IMG/VR virus record: IMGVR_UViG_3300020045_006345
Source of the DNA: an uncultured virus (IMG/VR IMGVR_UViG_3300020045_006345)
Lineage: Duplodnaviria > Heunggongvirae > Uroviricota > Caudoviricetes
Strand: one strand, 5' to 3'
DNA: 64,000 nt
Below the pieces are notes generated by a model, which did not search any database, was not told where the DNA came from, and was given only the letters and a program-made list of their open reading frames with translations. Below, one piece after another: positions 29,331 to 39,310 of this stretch; position 1 is the stretch's first letter, and each line of letters begins with the position of its first letter. The translations under genes and the position numbers were made by a program.

Positions 29331-29804
29331 ATGTACACATACACAAATCAAATAGAAATTCGCGCAGCTTTCAACGCTGAATACCCACGCAGCGAAACAC
29401 CAACAACACGCCGCTGTCAGTTTGTAGATTTTATTGATTATTTGCAAAGAGCTGGTCAAATCAGCGACGCCCTAGCACAACGCGCAACACTTGAACCCAG
29501 CAAAAAACCCAGTAAACCACGCGTTAAACCCGAATTTATCGAGGTTCGACGCTGGTTTGATAAAACGTATGGCAATACATACCATTCTTTAAAAATTCAC
29601 TACAGCGACGGCTCCGCAGACGTTATCGGCATGACATACGGCTGTAACGATCAATATAAACAAACCGCAGTGGAGCACATCCGCGCCAAATTCCCAGCGC
29701 GATACAAACACCTAAAAAATCATAGCGCAGCTCAATTTTTAAACGCTTTAAAAATTCGCTGCACGGTCAGCGACGGACTAAAACGGGGGCTATTCAAATC
29801 ATGA
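29331..29804 (+). CDS. Hypothetical early protein
   Basis: 157 aa with RRWFDKTYGNTYHS motif. Confidence 0.7.
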   Translation: MYTYTNQIEIRAAFNAEYPRSETPTTRRCQFVDFIDYLQRAGQISDALAQRATLEPSKKPSKPRVKPEFIEVRRWFDKTYGNTYHSLKIHYSDGSADVIGMTYGCNDQYKQTAVEHIRAKFPARYKHLKNHSAAQFLNALKIRCTVSDGLKRGLFKS

Positions 29805-29958
29805 AAAAGGTTTTTTTCACAGTCTCATTTTTCCATGCCGGACGATGGGAAATATACAAAACTTTCGAAACGTTGACCCCAGCAAAGGCGGAACTACACA
29901 GACTAAAAGCAGTAGACCGCGACAACGTTTATAAAATCCATTTAAGGAGAATTACAGA

Positions 29959-30360
29959 ATGATTATTTTACCAACAGTCCAAAACGCAAAACGCAACGCC
30001 ACGCGCTATAGAGATAAAAAAGAACTGCTTGCAGCACTTTACATCATAACGCCGGAGCTAAATATACTATTAAAAGCCGAATGGTATATGTCGCACCGCG
30101 CCGACGGAGCAGCACCGCTTTATTGTAATGTTTGGGTAGAGCTAGACAAACACGGCAACACCACCAGCGGAAGCGATTTCGCGAGCGGGTACGGTTACGA
30201 TAAAAAAGGCTCTGCATTTTCCCGCGCCTTAGTTAGCGCGGGATTAGAACTCACCGAACAGCACAAGAATGTTTTATTTGGTGGCGGCGATATTAACGGA
30301 ATTTGTAAAGAATTGGCGCGGGTGTTAGGTCACGATAACGTTTTAATATTGGATGTATAA
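29959..30360 (+). CDS. Hypothetical early protein
   Basis: 133 aa with ASGYGYDKK motif; AGGAG RBS. Confidence 0.7.
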   Translation: MIILPTVQNAKRNATRYRDKKELLAALYIITPELNILLKAEWYMSHRADGAAPLYCNVWVELDKHGNTTSGSDFASGYGYDKKGSAFSRALVSAGLELTEQHKNVLFGGGDINGICKELARVLGHDNVLILDV

Positions 30361-30362
30361 AC

Positions 30363-30590
30363 ATGTTAGCTAAAAAGTCAGTGTACTATTTAAACAACAC
30401 CGGCGGTCGCTGGATAGTTACAGACGATCACGGACGCCGCGAAGCGCGGCAATTCACGACGGACAAAGGCGAGACCATAACCCGCCGTGTAATTTTTTAT
30501 GAGGCGTTCGGAAGCTTTGCCACCGCTTGTATTAGTTGGCGAGGTAAAAAGATCAGTGTCTTTCTGGATTCAATTTTATGCACACAATAA
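30363..30590 (+). CDS. Hypothetical early protein
   Basis: 75-aa ORF. Confidence 0.55.
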   Translation: MLAKKSVYYLNNTGGRWIVTDDHGRREARQFTTDKGETITRRVIFYEAFGSFATACISWRGKKISVFLDSILCTQ

Positions 30591-30969
30591 AGTACAAAGG
30601 CTGTTTTATACACGTAAATTTTAGAGCAAACCCCGAAGTAATAGGAGTCCAGCTTTTTAACAATGACCAAACATATATGATAAAAACTTGTAAAAGTTAC
30701 AGAGCCGCACAAATCGCAATTACTAAACACATAAAAACATTATGACAAAATTAGAACTAATCAAACAAAAGGCGCAAGAACTACCGCCACACCTGAAACC
30801 CTGAGATTGTTAGACGGCGGCGAACTCCAGCTATTAAAATATTTAATAGTAGGCGCAACCCTGGAAGCTAAACAGCAAGACCCGCCACCGCCGCACATGC
30901 AAACGCTAACAGAGCTTAACAATGTAATCCAACCAGAGCCGCTAATACAGCGGCTTTTTTGTATCCGCA

Positions 30970-31003
30970 GCACTTGACACGCTTAGATTAAATATGTTAG
31001 TCT
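30970..31003 (+). promoter_or_regulatory. Sigma70-type promoter
   Basis: GCAC-TTGACA-CG, 18 nt, TAGTCT. Confidence 0.55.
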
Positions 31004-31227
31004 AATGTTTTATAAATACCCTAAACCGGAGTAAAAACCCTATGAAAAAAAAACCCTTTTTAATGTCATATTGGCGCGTAACAAGCAACACGCCCCGCGC
31101 TTATGTTTGCAAACAGTTTTTTAACCGCTATCATTTTTTTTTTAAATGGGCGCGGTACATGCAACAACGACGTGCAAAGCCCAGGAAATAAAAAACCGCC
31201 CCAGCACACTAGACAGGATTAAAAATT

Positions 31228-31509
31228 ATGTTTAACGAGTACGGCGAAAAAATGACATATTTAGAGTGGCCTACAATAGCTGATTATGTAATAGACCACT
31301 ACCCCGACAGCATAAAAACCATAGAGCACGGCACGTATAAAACGTGCAGAGCGTACAACGCCGCTGGGTGTGGCGCGTGTGGACGCTGGCAATTTAACCG
31401 AGATCAAGCCGTTAAATTCGCACAAAACAACGACATGATACTTATTAGCGACGTTGAACGAGATGGCATATATTATAAATATGATGAATACGGGATCTTA
31501 AAGCCATGA
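31228..31509 (+). CDS. Hypothetical early protein
   Basis: 93-aa ORF. Confidence 0.6.
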   Translation: MFNEYGEKMTYLEWPTIADYVIDHYPDSIKTIEHGTYKTCRAYNAAGCGACGRWQFNRDQAVKFAQNNDMILISDVERDGIYYKYDEYGILKP

Positions 31510-31949
31510 TTGAATTAACATTGAAACAGGCAGAAATTGACGCGCTAACAGTACCAGGCACGGACGCATACCCCGCCGCGCTGGAAGCGTTAAAACTTGA
31601 TTACATCCGCAAACAGATCGCGCACATAGACCCCGCCGAATTACGCGAACACCTGCGCGATTTTGGCGCGTGGACACCCGAAGAGCTAAACGACCATGGC
31701 GAAAACTTAACCCGTCTGCTATGGACGACGGCGGGAGACTTGGACGACGAACCCGCAGCAGCGCGGTATGTTGAACTTATCGCGGTACAGGTTGAGAACA
31801 CCAACGCCACCCGCCGCGCCCTATTCAATACCCGCTATCAATTACGCGATTTTGGAACGGGCAAAATATTAGCGCCTTATCCACCAGATACTAAAAAAGT
31901 TTGCCGCGAGATTGCCGACTCTAAAAACTGGTTAATATTAAACCTTTAA
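31506..31949 (+). CDS. Hypothetical early protein
   Basis: 147 aa; LRDFGAWTPEELNDHGENLTRLLW motif. Confidence 0.7.
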   Translation: MIELTLKQAEIDALTVPGTDAYPAALEALKLDYIRKQIAHIDPAELREHLRDFGAWTPEELNDHGENLTRLLWTTAGDLDDEPAAARYVELIAVQVENTNATRRALFNTRYQLRDFGTGKILAPYPPDTKKVCREIADSKNWLILNL

Positions 31950-32061
31950 AAATCAATAACTTATAAATACCTAGTAGCTTACTAGGTATTTACCTTAAAA
32001 AGCTATACACAATAGCTTTTTAAGGTAAATACAACACAAAACAAAACCGGAGATCAGAAAA

Positions 32062-32382
32062 ATGTACACTTTATTACCCCATTGGCACAGCCGAAATACC
32101 CCTAGTCCGACCACCAAAGCCCCAGTGTCCGACCACCAAAGCCCCAGTGTCCGACCACCCGAGCCTCAGAAACCACAAACCTTCGTGGATGAGCTGGTAG
32201 GATCTACAGTAACCTCAGCCGTAGCACACGTAAACGGTGGCTCAGATAGTAATTTTGTATTGGAGTTGGATTTTTCGAATGGATCAAAGTTATTAGCCCT
32301 GGCGAGTATGGAGCACCCGCATATCGAAAGTGATAAAATACAGGCCACACAAAATTATGTACAGGATTTACTAAATGTTTAA
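32062..32382 (+). CDS. Hypothetical protein containing a 21-bp tandem repeat (about 32105-32158)
   Basis: GTCCGACCACCAAAGCCCCAGT-type unit repeated about 2.5 times. Confidence 0.55.
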   Translation: MYTLLPHWHSRNTPSPTTKAPVSDHQSPSVRPPEPQKPQTFVDELVGSTVTSAVAHVNGGSDSNFVLELDFSNGSKLLALASMEHPHIESDKIQATQNYVQDLLNV

Positions 32383-32650
32383 AGCGGTTCAAGATTATTT
32401 AGATCGGGCAGCAAAAGCAAAAGCCCAAGAGGAAATGAGGTTGGGGTTCGCCAGCGCAGCACTTCGAATTTTAATGGACGGTGAAGATCCCGTAAATTTC
32501 CAGCGTAACCCGGAACACACGTATTACCTGCGTTTAGGGGAGGATGCCGCCGTATTAAGAATTCGGGAACTATTGCAAAGAGAAAAAGAACTAGCCTCCT
32601 TGAAGCCTGCGATTGTCAGATTGGTAGAGGTACTTAACCATGGCGGATGA
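32375..32650 (+). CDS. Hypothetical protein
   Basis: 91-aa ORF overlapping its neighbours. Confidence 0.6.
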   Translation: MFKAVQDYLDRAAKAKAQEEMRLGFASAALRILMDGEDPVNFQRNPEHTYYLRLGEDAAVLRIRELLQREKELASLKPAIVRLVEVLNHGG

Positions 32651-32858
32651 AGCAGACGTATCAGACATTCACGTCGAGGCTAGGCAGGCTATCGCGATCT
32701 ACAGGGTCTTGAACCAACCCGCAGCCAATATAGATGCCGACGGTAACAAGATCTGCCTGGATTGCGATGATGTGATCCCCAAAGAACGTGCAGCGATAAG
32801 CGTAGTTATTCGTTGCATCGATTGTCAGGTAACCCACGAAAAGGAGGCTAAGATATGA
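32640..32858 (+). CDS. traR: TraR/DksA C4 zinc-finger protein
   Basis: MADEADVS N-terminus and CLDCDDVIPKERA...RCIDCQ. Confidence 0.88.
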   Translation: MADEADVSDIHVEARQAIAIYRVLNQPAANIDADGNKICLDCDDVIPKERAAISVVIRCIDCQVTHEKEAKI

Positions 32859-32987
32859 ACCCGTCAGCATCTCTCACAGGCTCAATATAAGCCGTGAGAC
32901 CGTTAGGCTACACTCTGTATCAACAATTCGCGTAATCGCGAATTTGACCCCGTACGCCACATTGGTTACGACAACTGGAGAACTACA

Positions 32988-33275
32988 ATGATCGACATCG
33001 AAATAGCAAATCTTGAAGGTTTAAATCCTAAAAACGTTAATGGTGAGTGCTACATCACCAGTACCCACCGAGGGTACACTGTGAACCCATACTCCCCTTC
33101 TACCAACTGGGCGCAAGGTGGCCCACTCATAGATAAATATCAGGTTTCGATATTCCCCTGTGCATATGGTGGCTGGGAAGCTAGAATCTGCGACACTTTC
33201 AGTAGCGGTAAATCACCATTAATCGCAGCAATGTCCGCTATCTTAGTGGCGCATAGTGGAGGTGGAAATGGCTAA
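32988..33275 (+). CDS. NinX/DUF2591-like phage protein
   Basis: YSPSTNWAQGGPLIDKYQVSI and SPLIAAMSAI motifs. Confidence 0.75.
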   Translation: MIDIEIANLEGLNPKNVNGECYITSTHRGYTVNPYSPSTNWAQGGPLIDKYQVSIFPCAYGGWEARICDTFSSGKSPLIAAMSAILVAHSGGGNG

Positions 33276-33488
33276 TGTAATACTCACCTTGGTGGCTGTA
33301 CTTATAGTCACGTCTGTTGGGTTGGTCAGTACAGTTCTAACCCCTTTACGATTCATAGCAGAGATAGCAGGATTGCTAATTATATTTATGGTAGCGGCCC
33401 TGTGCTTGCTAATCCTAGAAACCATCGAAGGTGTAGAGAAGCTGGTCAAGATAATCAAAATTCACTTTTAACAAACTGGAGCTACAAA

Positions 33489-33809
33489 ATGGTTTTTGAA
33501 TACACCCAAGAACGACGTCACGAACTCTTTACGGAATATTGGTCGCAACTTAAACACCCGCGCACATGGACACCGGCTCAAAAAGAAACGGTTAGACGTT
33601 TCTCTAAGCTGGCTTTCGAGATGGCTTTGGAAGCTAACTTGTCCACAGCGGATGCCACACTACATCTGCGCCAAATTGCGACGTACTTGATACCCATAGA
33701 GTATAAAAAGGTACGCCAGAACTTAAAAGGCCACAGGATTTTCGTGCTTTTGGATATTCTGGATGAAGAATTCGCAAAACTAGAACCTAAAGGTGAGGAT
33801 CTAATATGA
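33489..33809 (+). CDS. Hypothetical protein
   Basis: ATG at 33489 with ACTGGAG RBS; ends GEDLI. Confidence 0.65.
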   Translation: MVFEYTQERRHELFTEYWSQLKHPRTWTPAQKETVRRFSKLAFEMALEANLSTADATLHLRQIATYLIPIEYKKVRQNLKGHRIFVLLDILDEEFAKLEPKGEDLI

Positions 33810-33997
33810 AAAACGAATTGCAACTTTAGATTTACTTTATTGAGTAGCGGGTAACCAACAGAAAACCTTGAAACTTTGGACGCACTCTATTGAGTACAAC
33901 AAACTAACCTTAAAAAGCCGAGATAGAAGATCTAAATTAGCATAGTTTCGAAAATATGCTAAAATAGGTCTTTGATTTAAGCTAAAAGAGGTTACTT

Positions 33998-34636
33998 ATG
34001 AGTAATTACGTTATGCAAATAGATTTTTTTGGAAATAATGTTAGGGCTGAAACGGAAGGTAGGCGAGTTAGCCTTACGGATTTAGTTTTAGCGGGGAACG
34101 CTTGGAGATCATCTAAAGGTTTGAGTATAAGACCTTTAGCCAAAGTAGTTGATACTGAAGGTTTTAAAGAGTACCTACTCGCAGCTTCAGGGATTTGGGA
34201 TATTCCAGTAGAGGACTTAGTTAAAGTTGAAGGTAGAGGAAGATCCGCACGAACTATGGCTCACGTATGCGTAGCCATATATGTTGCCGAACAAATGTCC
34301 CCGGTATTCCATGCTAAAGTTATTAAAGAGTTTATCGAAGGAAAACTTTTAGAGTTCCGAGAAATGGGAGGCACGGAGTTTAAGAACCTTAACGCCGCTA
34401 TTGATTTGTATCTACCGGGAAGAGAAGGCAAAGACAATCGTGGAGTGTATATCCAGGTCGCAAAGACCTTACGCACTAGGTTGATGGGTACAGATGCGGA
34501 GCCTGGGTGTTGGGATTCTGCAACGGTTGCCCAGATCCACAGCCGGTACGACTTCGAGGCGCAGTTGGTAAGAATGTTGCGAGTGGGGGTTATTGGGAGT
34601 TATGAGCAGTTAAAGGACGTTATCGGTCGATTGTAG
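33998..34636 (+). CDS. KilA-N-like DNA-binding protein
   Basis: VSLTDL...GRGRSARTMAHVCVAIYVAEQMSPVFHAKVI. Confidence 0.7.
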   Translation: MSNYVMQIDFFGNNVRAETEGRRVSLTDLVLAGNAWRSSKGLSIRPLAKVVDTEGFKEYLLAASGIWDIPVEDLVKVEGRGRSARTMAHVCVAIYVAEQMSPVFHAKVIKEFIEGKLLEFREMGGTEFKNLNAAIDLYLPGREGKDNRGVYIQVAKTLRTRLMGTDAEPGCWDSATVAQIHSRYDFEAQLVRMLRVGVIGSYEQLKDVIGRL

Positions 34637-34639
34637 ATT

Positions 34640-34680
34640 AAAAAAAACCCGGTAGTCTTTTTCAGAGTACCGGGTTTTTT
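34640..34680. terminator. Bidirectional intrinsic terminator
   Basis: A8-CCCGGTA...TACCGGG-T6 between convergent genes. Confidence 0.8.
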
Positions 34681-34681
34681 A

Positions 34682-35053
34682 TTAGCCCATCATTTTTCGT
34701 AGAGCTTCGTACATCTCGGCTTTAGCCCGACGCTTGTAGTCATCGTTCTGCAGTATCTTACCATCCACCCGTGTTTCTGTAACACCAGATACTTTAGCCA
34801 TATTGCTACGCCATATGATTTCCCATGCCGTACTAGCCTTACGCCAGCCTAATTTGGATATTAGGTACCCAATGGTAACGACCAGGACGTCAACCGCTTC
34901 CTTGACCTTCTCCACGTCTTCTTCAGCAGCGCAAAACTCGTTGAACTCTTCGTGCATTAGACGGTCATATAAAATCTCCTGTTGCAGGGAAGGTTCGTCA
35001 ACATTCTGGTTGCCCTGTGACATGAATTGCGTTTGATCGAATATTTCACTCAT
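34682..35053 (-). CDS. MazG/PRA-PH-like nucleotide pyrophosphohydrolase
   Basis: EEFNEF...KEAVDVLVVTIG...SNMAK...DGKILQ. Confidence 0.78.
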   Translation of the reverse strand: MSEIFDQTQFMSQGNQNVDEPSLQQEILYDRLMHEEFNEFCAAEEDVEKVKEAVDVLVVTIGYLISKLGWRKASTAWEIIWRSNMAKVSGVTETRVDGKILQNDDYKRRAKAEMYEALRKMMG

Positions 35054-35340
35054 GCTTTAGACCCTGTGACGGTCCGCGCTCTTAAGAGTACAGACATCCC
35101 GAAATAGATAAACGGCATGCTGGTTTGCAGTAAGCTGACGGGGAATAAAGATTTGCCATTTTCGTCTAGCGTGATTTCTATTTTAGCGAAGTCACAATAA
35201 TCTGAGTAGAAAGCTGAGATCACGGGTAAGAACGCGAGAGGGAAGGTCTCAGGTTCGTCTACTTCTTTTTCGACCCATTCTTCCAGTGTACTTACGTTCG
35301 ACAGATCTGCGCCGTCCGGCATGGATATATAGAATTGCAT
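35050..35340 (-). CDS. Hypothetical protein
   Basis: 96-aa ORF with ACTGGAGA RBS. Confidence 0.6.
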   Translation of the reverse strand: MQFYISMPDGADLSNVSTLEEWVEKEVDEPETFPLAFLPVISAFYSDYCDFAKIEITLDENGKSLFPVSLLQTSMPFIYFGMSVLLRARTVTGSKA

Positions 35341-35530
35341 TTTGTGTCTCCAGTTTAATTTATAAGGAAGTTGAATTATACGCTCATAGAGCGTTTCTTG
35401 TACAGCTCTAGCAAGCCTTTGGGAATTATCCGAGGCTTGCTAGGATACTTCGGTATCACTACCGGCCCGACAAGTGGATCGTCGAACCACCATTGATAGG
35501 GTTTTGTGTAAAGGTTAATTCTACCGATAT

Positions 35531-38044
35531 TCATATCAACCCTAAGTCATCAGAGTTAGCTAGGCGCTCTGTTAAGATATCCCGTGCTTCTTCCAGTGTA
35601 GGATGGCTACCATCTTCTTTGGCCTTCACCCAAAGACTGTGCCGTACACCTAAAAGCCTAGTTCGAGGCAGCTTTATAAACCCAAGTGCGACTAAACTCT
35701 TTGAGAGTTTATATTGGTGTTCGTTCTTAATAGCCCCACCAGACATAAACATTAAGCGTTCAAACAGTGGCGTAAAACTGACCACATTATCCTGAAAACA
35801 AGGATCGTCACTTTCTTCCAGAATACCTGCAACGCTATCTTCAGTATCGTCCGCAGTTAGCAAGATTACCGCTTTCTTAATCTCTGTCAAAGGTGCGGTG
35901 CCATCTGGTTTGAAATCCGCATGTAGGGGGATAGAACGCAACCAGCAAACCATATCACCCACAGCTTCATCGAAAGCTTGATGTAAGATGTCGAAATAGT
36001 CTTTAGCCAAAGTTGAGACCTTTACTTTTGATTGCAAAACGAACCAGCGGCGGTCACCATACTCAATGGGGATACAGTCTAGGTAGTTGGACGTCGCAAA
36101 ATAATTAATTGTGTTAGGTATGCTTTTAGCCTCTTGATAAAGCATACGACAAGATACTTCGGTATTAGTGATGTAAGGTTTTAAAGTGTTAATAACGTCG
36201 TGGCGGTTGTGTCCATGCAGTTTTAATTCTTCGATGAAGCCAAAAATCCCTCCTTCGGCCCATCCTGATTGCCCGGATGTTGCGGAAGCAATAATAGAGG
36301 TATTCGAGATCACCTTCACGTTGCTGGAACCCATAGCTTTACCCATGAATGTATGGAATAGGCTTTTACCACTTCCGAAATCACCAATTAACAACGGTGC
36401 CCAACGGACCTTTTTCGGCTTGTCTTGCGTACAAACGTTAAGGTAATTACACAACAGTTGCGCTTCACGCGTCCAGCCACCACACATTAGTTCAATGTGA
36501 GTTTTGAAAGCATTAACCGCGTCCCAGTTGGTGATCGTCTCAGGCACTACGGTTCTGTGAGACGCGCAGTAAGTGTTCACATAGAACACATCGTTGAAGT
36601 CGAAGAACAGATCAAAGTTTGGCGCATACAAGGTATCGCCGACCATAGGCACGAGCGCATTGACCCTTAACCAACGAGCGGAGTCGAAAGCGAAGTTGTC
36701 GTCGTCTCCAGACATACCATCATACGCGGATCTGAATGCGGAATTGGAGTAAGACTCCCCACTAACCACGTTGTACCACGTTTCGGTTTTGATTACCCAC
36801 ACCCAATCTCTGGCCCAGGCTGGGGTTCTGGGATCGTTAAGCGCGCAACCTCGCTCCCGGTTTTCAACAATTTCCTTTTCTTTACGTTTACGACGCATGG
36901 CTTTACCCGCGTCTACCTTACTTAACGAGTCTCCGGGGCGCAGCTCGGCATACCGATTAATCAAAGCGGTCATGAAGTCACGTTCCAAAATGACGTTTTT
37001 ATCTGCTAAACGGTACAGTTTAGGTGCGATAACTTCCATCAACTCCATGTAATCTTCACACTCTGCTATAAGGCTTTCGGCATCGTCAGAGTTTTTTTTT
37101 GGGTGGGCTATATTGTAGAGCTTAACCAAATGTTTAAACGTCGTAACAGTGCCGGATGATTTTCGACCGAAAGTGTCCCACTCTTTTTTTACGTCATCAA
37201 ACCCATGATACTCACGAACTTGTTGCGACCACTCATCGAAGATCAACAGAGCTTCGTACGCACCATGAAACTGATGGTGAAAAGCCATACCCACTTTTAA
37301 CCATTCGATACGTGATTGGTTACCTGGAACTGGCAGATACTTTCTGCAATTCTTTAAGGTAATATCGGGTAGTGGCAACTGACTGTCCATTTCCGTTAGC
37401 GGTTGATAGTCGCCAGAAATAGCAGGGGTACTGCTACGTGGCGCGACTGTACGCCCAATCAGAAACGCTTTAGAGAGTTGCGCTTCCGTGTACCGAGGAA
37501 AATCATTAACCTCGACGATGTTCACGGTAAACGGGTCGCCTTTTTGGTGGATAAACCCTGGTATCCGCAGTACCCTGGAAACATCTTTGGCGTTCGGATC
37601 GCTACCATAGTCCGAAATCATCACGCCCATAAGTGCTTGATGGAGTTCGCTACTGATGTCTTCCGTTAGAAAGTATCTGTGATATTTTCCGGGGCTAGAC
37701 TCCACTTTTATGTGGTGCTGCAGCGGTACCTCGACATCCAATCCCAGGTCGTCTTCTATCCAAATGGCGCGGCGACTTACGATATTTTCCTTTTTACGAC
37801 CCTTACCATCCGTCTCGTTAACGGTGACGAACACGCCGGAACCTTGACGGTTTAATGCTACTAGCTGTTTTAGAACATCCACGTACTTACCGTGGATGAC
37901 TCTTGTTGGCGCACTACTATTTTTCCGATCTCCAAAAGTTTGAAACGTGAATCCTGGGGGGTAATCTCCGATTAAATCCCTGTGATCCGCCGATGGATCT
38001 AGCAGTTTGAGAAACCGCTGACCTTGCCATAAGTCCAGCTTCAT
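35531..38044 (-). CDS. Primase-helicase (RepB-like primase, PriCT-2, C-terminal P-loop NTPase)
   Basis: GVFVTVN, ESSPGKYHRYF, DVSRVLRIPGF; WLKVGMAFH; GDFGSGKS, FIEE, SNY. Confidence 0.9.
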   Translation of the reverse strand: MKLDLWQGQRFLKLLDPSADHRDLIGDYPPGFTFQTFGDRKNSSAPTRVIHGKYVDVLKQLVALNRQGSGVFVTVNETDGKGRKKENIVSRRAIWIEDDLGLDVEVPLQHHIKVESSPGKYHRYFLTEDISSELHQALMGVMISDYGSDPNAKDVSRVLRIPGFIHQKGDPFTVNIVEVNDFPRYTEAQLSKAFLIGRTVAPRSSTPAISGDYQPLTEMDSQLPLPDITLKNCRKYLPVPGNQSRIEWLKVGMAFHHQFHGAYEALLIFDEWSQQVREYHGFDDVKKEWDTFGRKSSGTVTTFKHLVKLYNIAHPKKNSDDAESLIAECEDYMELMEVIAPKLYRLADKNVILERDFMTALINRYAELRPGDSLSKVDAGKAMRRKRKEKEIVENRERGCALNDPRTPAWARDWVWVIKTETWYNVVSGESYSNSAFRSAYDGMSGDDDNFAFDSARWLRVNALVPMVGDTLYAPNFDLFFDFNDVFYVNTYCASHRTVVPETITNWDAVNAFKTHIELMCGGWTREAQLLCNYLNVCTQDKPKKVRWAPLLIGDFGSGKSLFHTFMGKAMGSSNVKVISNTSIIASATSGQSGWAEGGIFGFIEELKLHGHNRHDVINTLKPYITNTEVSCRMLYQEAKSIPNTINYFATSNYLDCIPIEYGDRRWFVLQSKVKVSTLAKDYFDILHQAFDEAVGDMVCWLRSIPLHADFKPDGTAPLTEIKKAVILLTADDTEDSVAGILEESDDPCFQDNVVSFTPLFERLMFMSGGAIKNEHQYKLSKSLVALGFIKLPRTRLLGVRHSLWVKAKEDGSHPTLEEARDILTERLANSDDLGLI

Positions 38045-38056
38045 ACGGTTTCCTTA

Positions 38057-38461
38057 TTAGATTAAATCGGATTCGACGTGAGATTTTGGTTTAACGATTG
38101 GTTTATCGGCACCACGGGTATAACGAGCTGTATCAGATCCGATCTCGATCAGGTCTTCTACACCAGCGTCTTCCATATCCGCGATAAAGTGTGGGCATTT
38201 TCTACAAGCGACACACAATTCCCCACGCATTAAAGGTGCAGGCGCGTTTGGTGTTGTCTCAAATAAAGTCAATGAGGCTTCCGCTAAACGGCAAGCTAAA
38301 TCCGCAGATAGTCCACGACGACCAGCAGCCCATTGCCGGAACATTGATGTCGAGGTGCCAGCACTATGCGCCAAAATTTTACGCATTTCGTTGGTAGCCT
38401 CACCGATCCACACTTCTATAGCAGAGATTTTCGGGTATTTTTTCTCGACGTTCTTAGTCAT
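38057..38461 (-). CDS. Cro/YdaS-like HTH regulator
   Basis: LAHSAGTSTSMFRQWAAGRRGLSADLA; divergent from the replication operon. Confidence 0.65.
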   Translation of the reverse strand: MTKNVEKKYPKISAIEVWIGEATNEMRKILAHSAGTSTSMFRQWAAGRRGLSADLACRLAEASLTLFETTPNAPAPLMRGELCVACRKCPHFIADMEDAGVEDLIEIGSDTARYTRGADKPIVKPKSHVESDLI

Positions 38462-38532
38462 TTATCGCTCCAGTTAGGTGATTGTTATAAGGCATCATAA
38501 TATACAGCATTTATTTCTGCAAGGATAAAATA

Positions 38533-38566
38533 GCACTTGACACGACCATTCCCCCTTCTGTAAAAT
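38533..38566 (+). promoter_or_regulatory. Sigma70-type promoter of the replication operon
   Basis: GCAC-TTGACA-CG, 18 nt, TAAAAT. Confidence 0.7.
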
Positions 38567-38633
38567 AAATTTCAACGAGTGGGGATCTACCTTTGAACTC
38601 GTTGTGTCCATAACCTTATAACTGGAGAGACAA

Positions 38634-39098
38634 ATGTCTTTAGAGCAAAAACTTGAAGAAAATACCGTAGCCCTTAACGCGTTAGCTGCAGCTCTTTTAG
38701 CTGTGAATAAAGCACCAGCGGCTACTGTTACTAAAGTAGCGCCAGAAGTAAAAGCGGCACCTGCTAAAGCCGCACCTAAACCGAAAGTGGATGTAGATTC
38801 TGAAACTGAAAAGTTGGAAGCGGTGATTGCTGAAGCAGAGGACGACGAACTGACAATTAAAGAAATCGCAGCGCCAAAATCCGTACCTGTAGCGCGCCTG
38901 CCAAAAGGTAACCGTGACGACGTGTATTTCACAAAACATTTGAAACCAAAACTGTTACAGTTAGTGCGTTCAAGCGAGAAAGGCCCTGAAAGGTTACGCG
39001 ATATACTTGAACCTTATGGTGTAACAAAAGCTTCTGAGGTCCCTTCCGAACATTGGGACGCGTTGTTTACTAGCGTTGAAGAGGCGTTGGATCTATGA
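38634..39098 (+). CDS. Hypothetical protein (typical first gene of DUF2800/DUF2815/PolA modules)
   Basis: MSLEQKLEENT...YGVTKASEVP. Confidence 0.7.
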   Translation: MSLEQKLEENTVALNALAAALLAVNKAPAATVTKVAPEVKAAPAKAAPKPKVDVDSETEKLEAVIAEAEDDELTIKEIAAPKSVPVARLPKGNRDDVYFTKHLKPKLLQLVRSSEKGPERLRDILEPYGVTKASEVPSEHWDALFTSVEEALDL

Positions 39099-39310
39099 GT
39101 GACGTAACGCCAGATCTTATAGATGAGGAGAGTTTGGGTACGCTCCCTTTAGCGGAACTAATAACCAATTTATGTGAAACATACTATGGCCTACCTCAAG
39201 ACATTCGAAGCACCGTCATCGTCGCTTTCAGAAAAAATGCGGATGGTACGATGACCCTAGACTTTGGCATGCCTGAGTCAGAGAGTGTGGCAGCTAATGG
39301 CGCACCATAA
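39095..39310 (+). CDS. Hypothetical protein
   Basis: 71-aa coupled ORF. Confidence 0.5.
   Translation: MSDVTPDLIDEESLGTLPLAELITNLCETYYGLPQDIRSTVIVAFRKNADGTMTLDFGMPESESVAANGAP

Noticed and set aside
32777..32808. Diversity-generating retroelement TR/VR pair with 53141-53172
   Set aside because: Only 32 nt with one mismatch, and no reverse transcriptase in the window.
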